A stretch of DNA of 63,620 nucleotides, the filler included, from Octopus bimaculoides (Eukaryota), in assembly GCF_001194135.2 (NCBI RefSeq). It is 6 parts of 6 records of this genome, joined end to end, with 100 filler letters (N's around TTAATTAATTAA, not from the genome) between each part and the next. Parts side by side here need not be neighbours in the genome. Positions count along the whole stretch, not along the records: positions 1 to 30,611 come from NC_068995.1; 5 more parts are not named here. The stretch is one strand, 5' to 3'. Position numbers and translations under genes: made by a program. Below the pieces are notes generated by a model. That model saw only the letters and a program-made list of their open reading frames with translations. It was not told the DNA's origin and ran no database searches. This document shows, piece after piece, positions 1-11,465 of the stretch (position 1 is the first letter of the stretch; each line of letters opens with the position of its first letter).

Positions 1-140
1 TTATTTTTCCACTTATTTTTATGCTAATTGTATGTGTGGTTATGTCTTTTAACTGAAGTTTAATACCTCATGTTGGAAAGTCAGATGAAATTTTATAAGG
101 GGTAAAGAATTATATGCATACATACATATAAGATATATGT

Positions 141-197
<57 letters not shown>

Positions 198-328
198 ATT
201 CTTTAACAAGTGTAGTTTTGATAGTGACTTCAAAGTTTCAGCCAACTAAGCTGTCACCAAACAGTCTAATGATGGCTTAGCTGGTCAAAACTTCGAAGTT
301 GCTGTCATTACTATTGTTGTTAAAGAAT
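198..328. mobile_element. Fold-back element whose two arms are decayed hammerhead-like units
   Basis: Left arm attctttaacaagtgtag...ctaagctgtca is an imperfect reverse complement of right arm tgatggcttagc...ttgttaaagaat (~58 nt each), with a 13-nt centre. Plus arm reads ACAGU-CUAAUGA-U-GGC..GUC-AAAAC-UUCGAA-GUU-GCUGU. Confidence 0.65.
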
Positions 329-1460
329 GATAAATGTGTACTCTACAATAGAATGGAGTAATCCTTCAGAATAATGTAAATTTGTTTTTATCATCACTGA
401 ACATAAAAATACACATTTATATGTATGCATGCATGCATGTGTGTATGTATGTATGTATGTATGTATGTATGTATATTTATGCACTTCAAATGCTTTTTCA
501 TTATAAATCCTACACATAGATATACTAATCTCTCAAAACTCCTGATATATATATTCATATANNNNNNNNNNNNNNNNNNNNNNNNNNNNNNNNNNNNNNN
601 NNNNNNNNNNNNNNNNNNNNNNNNNNNNNNNNNNNNNNNNNNNNNNNNNNNNNNNNNNNNNNNNNNNNNNNNNNNNNNNNNNNNNNNNNNNNNNNNNNNN
701 NNNNNNNNNNNNNNNNNNNNNNNNNNNNNNNNNNNNNNNNNNNNNNNNNNNNNNNNNNNNNNNNNNNNNNNNNNNNNNNNNNNNNNNNNNNNNNNNNNNN
801 NNNNNNNNNNNNNNNNNNNNNNNNNNNNNNNNNNNNNNNNNNNNNNNNNNNNNNNNNNNNNNNNNNNNNNNNNNNNNNNNNNNNNNNNNNNNNNNNNNNN
901 NNNNNNNNNNNNNNNNNNNNNNNNNNNNNNNNNNNNNNNNNNNNNNNNNNNNNNNNNNNNNNNNNNNNNNNNNNNNNNNNNNNNNNNNNNNNNNNNNNNN
1001 NNNNNNNNNNNNNNNNNNNNNNNNNNNNNNNNNNNNNNNNNNNNNNNNNNNNNNNNNNNNNNNNNNNNNNNNNNNNNNNNNNNNNNNNNNNNNNNNNNNN
1101 NNNNNNNNNNNNNNNNNNNNNNNNNNNNNNNNNNNNNNNNNNNNNNNNNNNNNNNNNNNNNNNNNNNNNNNNNNNNNNNNNNNNNNNNNNNNNNNNNNNN
1201 NNNNNNNNNNNNNNNNNNNNNNNNNNNNNNNNNNNNNNNNNNNNNNNNNNNNNNNNNNNNNNNNNNNNNNNNNNNNNNNNNNNNNNNNNNNNNNNNNNNN
1301 NNNNNNNNNNNNNNNNNNNNNNNNNNNNNNNNNNNNNNNNNNNNNNNNNNNNNNNNNNNNNNNNNNNNNNNNNNNNNNNNNNNNNNNNNNNNNNNNNNNN
1401 NNNNNNNNNNNNNNNNNNNNNNNNNNNNNNNNNNNNNNNNNNNNNNNNNNNNNNNNNNNN

Positions 1461-1538
<78 letters not shown>

Positions 1539-1751
1539 CCTTTCACCTAAAGGCATAAGGCCTGAAATTTGCGGGAGGGGACTAGTCAATTACATCAACC
1601 CCAATGTTTCACCTGTACATAATTTATCGATCCCAAAATGATGAAAGGCAAAGTCGACCTTGGCAGAATTTGAACTCAGAACACAGCGACGGGCAAAATA
1701 CTGCTAAGCATTTCATCCAGCATGATAACAATTCTGCCAGCTCACCACCTT
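1539..1751 (-). mobile_element. tRNA-derived SINE, family A
   Basis: Contains the reverse complement of B-box GAGTTCAAAT and the aaaggcaaagtcgacc core shared with more than 10 other copies in the window; flanked by (AAT)n. Confidence 0.85.
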
Positions 1752-1780
1752 AATAATACTAATACTAATAATAATGCTAA

Positions 1781-2172
1781 TTATTGGCACAAGGCCTGAA
1801 ATTTTGTGGGAGAGGCTTAGTCAATTTCATTGACCCCAAAAGGATGAAAGGCAAAGTTGACCTCAGCAGAATTTGAACTCAGAATGTAAATTTGAATGAA
1901 ATGTCACAAAGCGCACCACTTTAATAATACTGATACACATGACAATAATGATAATAATAATGGTTTCAAATTTTGGCACAAGGCCAGCAAGTTCAGCAGA
2001 GGGTAAGTTGATTACATTGGCTCCAGTGTTCAAGTGGTACTTATTTTGTTGATCCTGGAAGGATGAATGATGAAGGTGACGACAGCAGAATTTGAACTTA
2101 GAACGTAAGGACAAACAGAATGCCACTAAGTATTTTGCCCAGCATGCTAACAATTTTGCCAGCTTGCTGCCT
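1781..2172 (-). mobile_element. Two further SINE family A copies (1781-1921 internally deleted; 1960-2172)
   Basis: Same gcagaatttgaactcagaa and ggcacaaggcc motifs, separated by AAT-rich spacers. Confidence 0.8.
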
Positions 2173-2180
2173 TTATAATG

Positions 2181-2253
<73 letters not shown>

Positions 2254-2269
2254 TAATAATAATAATAAT

Positions 2270-2509
2270 AAACTGAGCAAATATAAAGATCTTGAAATAG
2301 AAATTAGCAAAATGTGGAATCTGAAGACGAAAACAATACCTATTGTCATAGGTGCCCTGGGAATGACAGCGAAACGGGCTGATTACTACCTAGATCAGAT
2401 TGCAGGAAACCCCAAAATGGCTGAAGTTCAAAAGATAGTGCTCATGGGAACTGCCCATATCCTACGTAAAATACTGTCTATGTGATCTCAAATTTTAAAG
2501 CAAACACAT
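2270..2509 (+). mobile_element. 3' end of an RLE-type non-LTR retrotransposon (R4/Dong-like), 5'-truncated
   Basis: KLSKYKDLEIEISKMWNLKTKTIPIVIGALG...VQKIVLMGTAHILRKILSM* matches the C-terminal restriction-like endonuclease tail (IPxVIGALG ... QKxxLxGTAHILRK); begins directly after (AAT)n. Confidence 0.85.
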
Positions 2510-2831
2510 NNNNNNNNNNNNNNNNNNNNNNNNNNNNNNNNNNNNNNNNNNNNNNNNNNNNNNNNNNNNNNNNNNNNNNNNNNNNNNNNNNNNNNNNNNN
2601 NNNNNNNNNNNNNNNNNNNNNNNNNNNNNNNNNNNNNNNNNNNNNNNNNNNNNNNNNNNNNNNNNNNNNNNNNNNNNNNNNNNNNNNNNNNNNNNNNNNN
2701 NNNNNNNNNNNNNNNNNNNNNNNNNNNNNNNNNNNNNNNNNNNNNNNNNNNNNNNNNNNNNNNNNNNNNNNNNNNNNNNNNNNNNNNNNNNNNNNNNNNA
2801 TAATAATAATAATAATGATAATGATAATAAA

Positions 2832-3043
2832 GGTTTCAAATTTTGGCACAAGGCCAGCAAGTTCAGAGAAAGGGTAAGTTGATTACATTGACCCCAGTGC
2901 TTAACTGGTACTTATTTTATCGACCCCAAAAGGATGAAAGGCAAAGTCGTCTGCAGTGGAATTTGAACTCAGAATGTATACATGGACAAAATGCTGCCAA
3001 GAATTTTGTCAGACGCTCTAACGGTTCTGGCAGCTCACCACCT
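2832..3043 (-). mobile_element. SINE family A
   Basis: Same core motifs as 1539-1751. Confidence 0.85.
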
Positions 3044-4597
3044 TATGATAATAATTTAGTGCAAATAAGACTTTAAAACTGATAATTCACACGATTTTGT
3101 TTTTTTGTTTTTTTTTAATGAAATAATTAAATTAGAAACAACTTTACATCTCTTTTGTATTTTTTTTATTGTGTTTAAACAAAGATGGACATTTTCATTT
3201 AATTCTTTGACCACCGACTTTTTACTTTAATACATTTACTTTTTATGTATTTTTTGATTTGAAATTAATCAAAAAAAAATAAACGAAACTGAAATGATTT
3301 TATATGCCGAATTAAAGCATTGGGGTGATTAGGTATAAGAGAGGATATTTCTGTAATTAAAATTTGCACATGAATAACAGTTTAATATAATTAAAAGAAA
3401 AATGAATTGAAATTTTTTTTTAGTTCATATTTAAATTCCAGTTTTGTTTCTTATTACTATTGTTTTGTTTTTCTTTTGTTGTTGTTGTTGTCACAAAATA
3501 CATTTTATAATTAAATTTCAGTTTGAAATCAAATTTACCAATTCAGTTTTTCACCTCCTAAGTTGGTTTATTTTATGAAAAATTATTTCAATTTTATGTA
3601 ATTTGAAATATCCTCCCCCATCTCATCTTCCACACAACCTGAATTAAATCCCCATTGTTGATTTTTTAATATCTAATACACATTTTATAACATCTCATAA
3701 TATGGTAGTATAATTACAACAACAGCGTCATACGATGTGATATAGTAGTTGTAACAAAACGTTCACATAATCTACAGATTTGGACAGGAGGAACAATAAT
3801 AAATATGAATTACACTCACAAAAAATTACTTTTCATTAAATAGAAGGGGGAAAAAATGGCATAATTATATTCCTTCAGAATTTGTTACAAATTAACAGCT
3901 TTACATACAAAAAAAAAGTTTAAGCAGGCAGGAAAAAATATTGGCATGATAAATCTGAAATATAATAATTGATTAGTACTCACATAAGATATGTGAAAAT
4001 GGATCTATGTAAATACTACTAAACATATTAATTAATATCCCACAGAATTAGTTTCATTTACTAAATGAAAAATTAAGTTGTCATTATGGAATCTTTGGTA
4101 AGCATCTTTGGTAAATGCAATTATTAATAGGAGGTTAAATTCAAATTACGACAAATGTAAACAAACAAACGAAGTTTGCTTTTTTAGAAGCGTTGAGATG
4201 TCTTAGAAAGTTAAAGAAGTGATTTTAAATTCTCAATCGCAGGATAATGCTAATAATATAGCCTGAACAGGATAAACTACCCCTATTTTGCAGAAAAAAA
4301 GTGTAGGTGGTTAGCTGTGGACTAATAGGAGGGTTTTTTAAATGTAATTTAGGTATTTCTTAAAATTGGGAACTTGTTAAATAACAAACAACTACAGATT
4401 AATTCTAACATCCAATTCCGTAGGAGGAAAGAAAAAACAGAAAATAGAAAATTGCTTTGTTAAAAGAACAAAAACATTTAAACATGTCTGAAAAATGGTT
4501 TATTAATTGATATTAAAAGAAAACTCTACTGCTGAAGATATTTTTTAAGTGCTGACATAACTGTGTAAACACATATAAGACATGTATTCTGTTGCAG

Positions 4598-4704
4598 CTT
4601 TCAAGCTAAAAGCACAAGCACAATACAGCGAAATATTTCTTGATGCCTCAAATTTGAACAGACTAATAGCAGTGGTAGCCAGCATCAATAAGTACCATAA
4701 GTAA
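4598..4704 (+). CDS. Candidate exon of an unidentified host gene
   Basis: Acceptor tattctgttgcag|CT; open frame FKLKAQAQYSEIFLDASNLNRLIAVVASINKYHK*; possible donors AA|GTACCA and AA|GTAAAT; no recognisable homology. Confidence 0.25.
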
Positions 4705-4929
4705 ATAAAAATAACAATAAACTATAACAGGAATAATTTATACAATACAAATTTTAGAAGATGGAATAGCATACACTCTATATGTGATTGGCAACACAAT
4801 TATTTGGCAATCGAAATATTTATAGCTTGAGTCTCATCAGTCAGCTTGTTATTCTTTTCTGTCACAATATCTAATGTATCATCAAACAGAAACACAGTGG
4901 TATGCTTTAAAAGAATATAAAAAGTGCAG

Positions 4930-5040
4930 CATCACATGGTTCTGGGTTCAGTCCCACTGCGTGGCACCTTGGGCAAGTGTCTTCTACTATAGCTTCAGGC
5001 AGTCCAAAGCCTTGTGAGTGGATTTGGCTGACAGATTGAC
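4930..5040 (+). mobile_element. tRNA-derived SINE family B fragment (CORE-like)
   Basis: gggttcagtcccactgcgtggcaccttgggcaagtgtcttctactatagc...ccttgtgagtggatttgg, repeated about 10 times in the window. Confidence 0.85.
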
Positions 5041-5097
5041 CGTTGACTGAACACTATTCAATTTTTTTTCTCCGTGTTTTTCTCCTTGTCTTCGTAT

Positions 5098-5134
5098 TCT
5101 TTCTGTTGAAGAGCGTAGCTCGAAACGTCAAAGA
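5098..5134 (+). ncRNA. Minimal type-I hammerhead-like motif (A6U variant) within a ~185-bp repeat (5040-5225)
   Basis: UCUUU / CUGUUGA-A / GAGC-GUA-GCUC / GAAAC-GUC / AAAGA: 5-bp stem I, 4-bp stem II, palindromic ACGU stem III, GUC triplet. Confidence 0.65.
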
Positions 5135-5222
5135 CTTTCCATATTCCCGAGCGTCATACTAATATATACTTTTGTTATTTACACCACCTGTCCTCGTCTG
5201 TTGTTATTATTTGTATATTCTC

Positions 5223-5259
<37 letters not shown>

Positions 5260-6608
5260 GTACATAGTTGAGATCCAGATATTCTCAGTGTAGAAAACAC
5301 TTACTAGTACTCAAGAGATTTAAACTACAAATCCAACAGCTTTTCTGGAGGCTTGGTGGTCGGTCCATAATAATATTTGTCGATTGATTCAATCATAGGA
5401 TGAGATGAGCCTTCATCTTCGGTGAAGACATCTTGCATTTTAGATGTTAAAAGAAAGAAGTTCAAAGATGGAATGTTGGATTTGTAATACTTTTCCTCAA
5501 CCCCTTTAATTCTCTACATCATTTGTATTCTGTGTAAGTAGGACCTTTTTATATGTATACATGTATACATTTTTGGTATTTCATGTATTTAATGTACTTT
5601 ATATATTGATTTGTCTAACTTGCTTATCCCTACATTTACTTATATATATATATATATATATATATATNNNNNNNNNNNNNNNNNNNNNNNNNNNNNNNNN
5701 NNNNNNNNNNNNNNNNNNNNNNNNNNNNNNNNNNNNNNNNNNNNNNNNNNNNNNNNNNNNNNNNNNNNNNNNNNNNNNNNNNNNNNNNNNNNNNNNNNNN
5801 NNNNNNNNNNNNNNNNNNNNNNNNNNNNNNNNNNNNNNNNNNNNNNNNNNNNNNNNNNNNNNNNNNNNNNNNNNNNNNNNNNNNNNNNNNNNNNNNNNNN
5901 NNNNNNNNNNNNNNNNNNNNNNNNNNNNNNNNNNNNNNNNNNNNNNNNNNNNNNNNNNNNNNNNNNNNNNNNNNNNNNNNNNNNNNNNNNNNNNNNNNNN
6001 NNNNNNNNNNNNNNNNNNNNNNNNNNNNNNNNNNNNNNNNNNNNNNNNNNNNNNNNNNNNNNNNNNNNNNNNNNNNNNNNNNNNNNNNNNNNNNNNNNNN
6101 NNNNNNNNNNNNNNNNNNNNNNNNNNNNNNNNNNNNNNNNNNNNNNNNNNNNNNNNNNNNNNNNNNNNNNNNNNNNNNNNNNNNNNNNNNNNNNNNNNNN
6201 NNNNNNNNNNNNNNNNNNNNNNNNNNNNNNNNNNNNNNNNNNNNNNNNNNNNNNNNNNNNNNNNNNNNNNNNNNNNNNNNNNNNNNNNNNNNNNNNNNNN
6301 NNNNNNNNNNNNNNNNNNNNNNNNNNNNNNNNNNNNNNNNNNNNNNNNNNNNNNNNNNNNNNNNNNNNNNNNNNNNNNNNNNNNNNNNNNNNNNNNNNNN
6401 NNNNNNNNNNNNNNNNNNNNNNNNNNNNNNNNNNNNNNNNNNNNNNNNNNNNNNNNNNNNNNNNNNNNNNNNNNNNNNNNNNNNNNNNNNNNNNNNNNNN
6501 NNNNNNNNNNNNNNNNNNNNNNNNNNNNNNNNNNNNNNNNNNNNNNNNNNNNNNNNNNNNNNNNNNNNNNNNNNNNNNNNNNNNNNNNNNNNNNNNNNNN
6601 NNNNNNNN

Positions 6609-6661
<53 letters not shown>

Positions 6662-7433
6662 GTATATGTATATGTTAATCAAAGTTTACAGTATCATATA
6701 TCCATTACAACTGATCTTGCCAATTAGTTTTTCGTACAAGATGTTCAACAGTGTTAAATAACAGCCTGATTATGTAACCTTGTGTTCTTCAGAGATGGCA
6801 GTTATAGGATGAAATATGTCAACTGCCATATATATATACATATATATATTTAATAGCAATTTGACTTATTTCCATGCAACTTAAAATTGTTGCCACTGGT
6901 ACCAATGTCCTATCTAAGAATGTACACTAGAAAACACAGACAAGAACTGATGCTGCTTCCAAACCAATGACACCATGTGATCTGAGTTGACCAATAGAGG
7001 CCTAACATCTTAGAAGGCATCTTGACTCTGTCTCGTTTTTCGTTACTGAATCTCCAAATGCTTAATGAGCTAAGTTTGTTCTGCAAGCCTATTAAACTTT
7101 AAACTGCATGGCACTGCAGCAAACTCTTATTAAATTATACATGTAATTCTTACTAAATATGTTGAGTGCTACTGTCTTTCATTTGTCCACCCACTCACAT
7201 ATGTAAGTATGCATGTGTGTGTGTGTATGTGTGTATTTATATTTATATTGTTGAGCAATATATTTCTGGTTATGCCATATTGGCATATAAATAGTTAGAC
7301 TGTTACCAATGTTTTTATGCCAACTAATGCACTTGGCACAATATTGATCACTCTTCAGGCATGCTGACCAGAGGCACACAGCTTCTTTTATGCTGGAGGT
7401 AAATATACAGTCCTAATTTGCACTCACATACAC

Positions 7434-7466
<33 letters not shown>

Positions 7467-9569
7467 TATCAGTCATTGTTCAGAATAAATGAATTCATTC
7501 ATTTACCTTGTGGTCAGTTATGTAAATTTTCTTGAACTGTTGCAAAGTGGTACTAAATACCCAAGGATGTAGCTATACATTTCACAACTGAAAATAATTT
7601 ACAATTTAGAATGTTGTAAAAGAGATCCATTAGACATTGACTATATTTCATTGGTTCAAACTGGATAAAGAAACCACACTAGATGAGTGAAAGAGTAGAA
7701 AGACCAAGGAGCTCATATTTTTTTATATTATCCTCAGTTGGTTAATGTCTCAAACTAGTTCACAATACTAAAAATACTATTTACACTATTTAGCCTCAAA
7801 AATCTCAGAACGACTAATTGGTTATTTAAATACCAAGAAAACATTGAATGATCTGGCCTTTTTTTTTTTTCTCAACTAGAATTGCCTCGAAGAATTGTGT
7901 CATAGACAAATATCCAAAGTTGTAGGATTGTCTATCCTCTGATGACACCATATCAAATTAAAAACATAGNNNNNNNNNNNNNNNNNNNNNNNNNNNNNNN
8001 NNNNNNNNNNNNNNNNNNNNNNNNNNNNNNNNNNNNNNNNNNNNNNNNNNNNNNNNNNNNNNNNNNNNNNNNNNNNNNNNNNNNNNNNNNNNNNNNNNNN
8101 NNNNNNNNNNNNNNNNNNNNNNNNNNNNNNNNNNNNNNNNNNNNNNNNNNNNNNNNNNNNNNNNNNNNNNNNNNNNNNNNNNNNNNNNNNNNNNNNNNNN
8201 NNNNNNNNNNNNNNNNNNNNNNNNNNNNNNNNNNNNNNNNNNNNNNNNNNNNNNNNNNNNNNNNNNNNNNNNNNNNNNNNNNNNNNNNNNNNNNNNNNNN
8301 NNNNNNNNNNNNNNNNNNNNNNNNNNNNNNNNNNNNNNNNNNNNNNNNNNNNNNNNNNNNNNNNNNNNNNNNNNNNNNNNNNNNNNNNNNNNNNNNNNNN
8401 NNNNNNNNNNNNNNNNNNNNNNNNNNNNNNNNNNNNNNNNNNNNNNNNNNNNNNNNNNNNNNNNNNNNNNNNNNNNNNNNNNNNNNNNNNNNNNNNNNNN
8501 NNNNNNNNNNNNNNNNNNNNNNNNNNNNNNNNNNNNNNNNNNNNNNNNNNNNNNNNNNNNNNNNNNNNNNNNNNNNNNNNNNNNNNNNNNNNNNNNNNNN
8601 NNNNNNNNNNNNNNNNNNNNNNNNNNNNNNNNNNNNNNNNNNNNNNNNNNNNNNNNNNNNNNNNNNNNNNNNNNNNNNATATATCTCACAGAGTATCATA
8701 CCACCCACCACCCACCACCCACCCTTCCACAACAGCTTGCAATATATATATTTATAGCTAGCTATAGTTCTGAGAGTTTTTCAAATGTATTTTCCAGTTC
8801 AGTTGATGGTTATCTTTCATCGAAGAAAAATAAGAAATTGTCATAATATATACTTGGTAGAAATGTAAATAAACAAGTAGAAAAATAAATGCCAAGTCTA
8901 TTATTTAATGTAGAGGGTTTTCTTTTTCTTTAAAAAAAAAAAAAAAAAAAATTGAAACTCTATATTGAGTTAGGAATTGCAAATGTTATGCAAATTGATG
9001 AATCATTACATGTTTATGTGTTAAATCTAAACACAAATATAGACAGAACACAACAAAGAAGGAAGATGAATTTGAATGCCAGATGGGGAAGAGGTTCTGA
9101 TTTGTCATTGTATTTTCTCTCTCTCTCTCTCTCTCTCTCTACCTATGTTAAAATATATAAGATATATAATATATACAGGTGTTTTCTTTGGATAGTTGCA
9201 GCTTAAATAGTAAATAAATTGTTTAATGACCCCTTATATTTAGAGAAATGAGATAACAAATTTTAACGATTAGTTTAACTGCTGAATCAGCCCAACTCAA
9301 AAAACCAGAATTTCTTATGATTAAGCACATGGCCATTTGTGCCTAGTACGGTTGTGAGTATAGTCCACTAAACTGATCACAGTAGATGGTTGTTACTAAT
9401 TTCAGTAAGCAAGGAAGAATGAAAAAGCAAAAACCATCATTAGCAAGATTTGAGCTCTGATAAAAAAAATGGCTAGATCTGCTCTTTTAATGCAAACAAA
9501 TTTTTAAATTTTTTCAAAGACGTTTTAAATTTACAAAATCAAATTCATTTACTTCCACCATTACAAGAT

Positions 9570-9870
9570 CCACTCATGTTGTGATGTGGTGGCTGCTATG
9601 CCTCAATGACTGTGAGAGCTAGTCCATCAGTGTGCAAGCTCTTGGTAGGACTTCTCATGTTGAACAGGTCAAAGGATAGAGGCCAGATTAATATGGATCA
9701 CCTCTTCTCAGAAGTAAAAATGGGTTTGCATAGGGTCAACATCCCTACTTAGAAAACACAATGTTACAGAAGCATCAGTAATAATTCAAAACCCATAAGA
9801 CTTGAGAGAGGACAGTCCATGATCAAGAACAGTATAGAAAAGTCACAAATGACTCATGCTCTATAGGGAG
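9570..9870 (+). mobile_element. Dispersed repeat resembling an RTE-LINE 5' region
   Basis: Aligns by eye with 27285-27560 (e.g. ccagattaatatgga vs ccagactaatatgga; agaagcatcagtaataattcaaaacc vs agaagcatcaatgacaattcaaaacc). Confidence 0.55.
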
Positions 9871-11274
9871 TGAAGGATTTAACAATAAGTACATTTACTT
9901 CAGAGAGAAATAATATTTTTACATACATTTGTCAATGATATCATGAGCAGGGATGTGGAAGGGATGAAGGCCTTTACAATTGTACATCATTATGTTGTTT
10001 CTTCCTTTCTTTCATTATTGCAATCTTATTTTCATTGGTTTATCAGTTAACCAGTTATCACATGATTACAATGTTTAGCCACCTGGGTAGCACCAAATAG
10101 TTTTGCTATATTGCACTCATCTCGTCTTCAATTTCTCTCTAATTGACAACACACTTCTCTCCAGATCCCAGCTTTCCCCCACCCACCACCCCAAATGATT
10201 CAGTGTTTAAATTTATATCACATTTTTTATTGGACAACAACGATCCTTTAATTATTTTAATACTCCATTTATTACATATGTTAACATCCAGCATATGGGA
10301 TGTTCTTAACTGGAAAGCCTTTTGAGCACAGATCCCTTTGACTAGATCTGATCTAGAGCTAAACAATAACAATATACTAATACACACTGATCCATTGCTG
10401 GTGTTGTTGCTTAATCCCAGATCAACCCAGATTGAGCAGATTTATGATCAAAAGAAAACCAGCTGTGTCCACTCAGTCTTTTTAGAGTCATATAGGATTA
10501 TATTATTCACTGTATTCTTTCTTTATTTAAAATGGTATGATGTGATTTAGAGGGGATTTGGCTTTTATTTCTAGCCAGTTTTGTAGTTATGTTGGTGTTC
10601 CTTTTATTGACTCATTGTTTTATTCATGCAGATTACATATCTAAATTACATCATTTCTAAAACAATTCTATTTTGCTCCACACACAAATGACAACATTAT
10701 TGTAACATAGTGGCAAATATATAAGATATAACAAAGTCTCAGATTGTAGAAGAAGCTAGAAAATTCTATTTGCATGAAAGCCAAATAATTTTAGAAATCA
10801 AAATTAATAAGTTAAAAACCTTAAAGACAAGTCCATAATGTTTCACTGCTTTTCTCAACCTTTTTAACTTTTTTAACAAAAGTAATAATAAAAAGTTCAA
10901 ATCTATATACACCTTCTTAATATCTATATCTAATATAACTACTCTAACTACAGTAGATTTTTGCACCCTTTCATAAATTTCTTAATCATTGGCTGTAGTT
11001 ATAGGTGTAGAGTTATGTGACATGAACATGATGTCCAATTAGTTTAAATTGATATTCTAATCGAACAAATCAGCAATTTGACAAAAGATGTACATGCTAT
11101 TGAGAAAATTACTGAGATTGGTGTTGTGAAACAAAAATATCTTGTGCTATTTGTTCTGCCAGAGTTGCAACAAATACTCCATTGTCACTCTTGCCAAGCG
11201 TAATGAACCAGTGATTAGTCCATTGGGAATCTGTAACCAACACTGGTTATTGTTCACAAAATACAAGATATAAA

Positions 11275-11465
11275 ACAGTTTCAAATTTTGGCACAAAGCC
11301 AGCAAACTTTTAGAGGAAGGGATAGCTGAATGCATGAACTCCAGTGCTCAAATGTTTGGCATTTATTTTATCAACTACAAAAGAATCGAAACCAAAGGAA
11401 AACTCATCAGAATATGAGCTCAACATAAAGAACTAGAAGAAACACCAAACATTTCATCCGCCTTA
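11275..11465 (-). mobile_element. Degenerate SINE family A
   Basis: tttcaaattttggcacaaagccagc start; degenerate core. Confidence 0.65.

Noticed and set aside
425-1589. Long ORFs running through N gaps (also 5561-6727, 7942-8757, 20123-21053, 41489-42331, 55300-56225 and others)
   Set aside because: Open only because of N runs and flanking microsatellites.
4785-4845. gattg...caatc-gaaa-tatttata hairpin next to a minus-strand CUGAUGA
   Set aside because: Core elements lie on opposite strands and cannot be assembled into one hammerhead.
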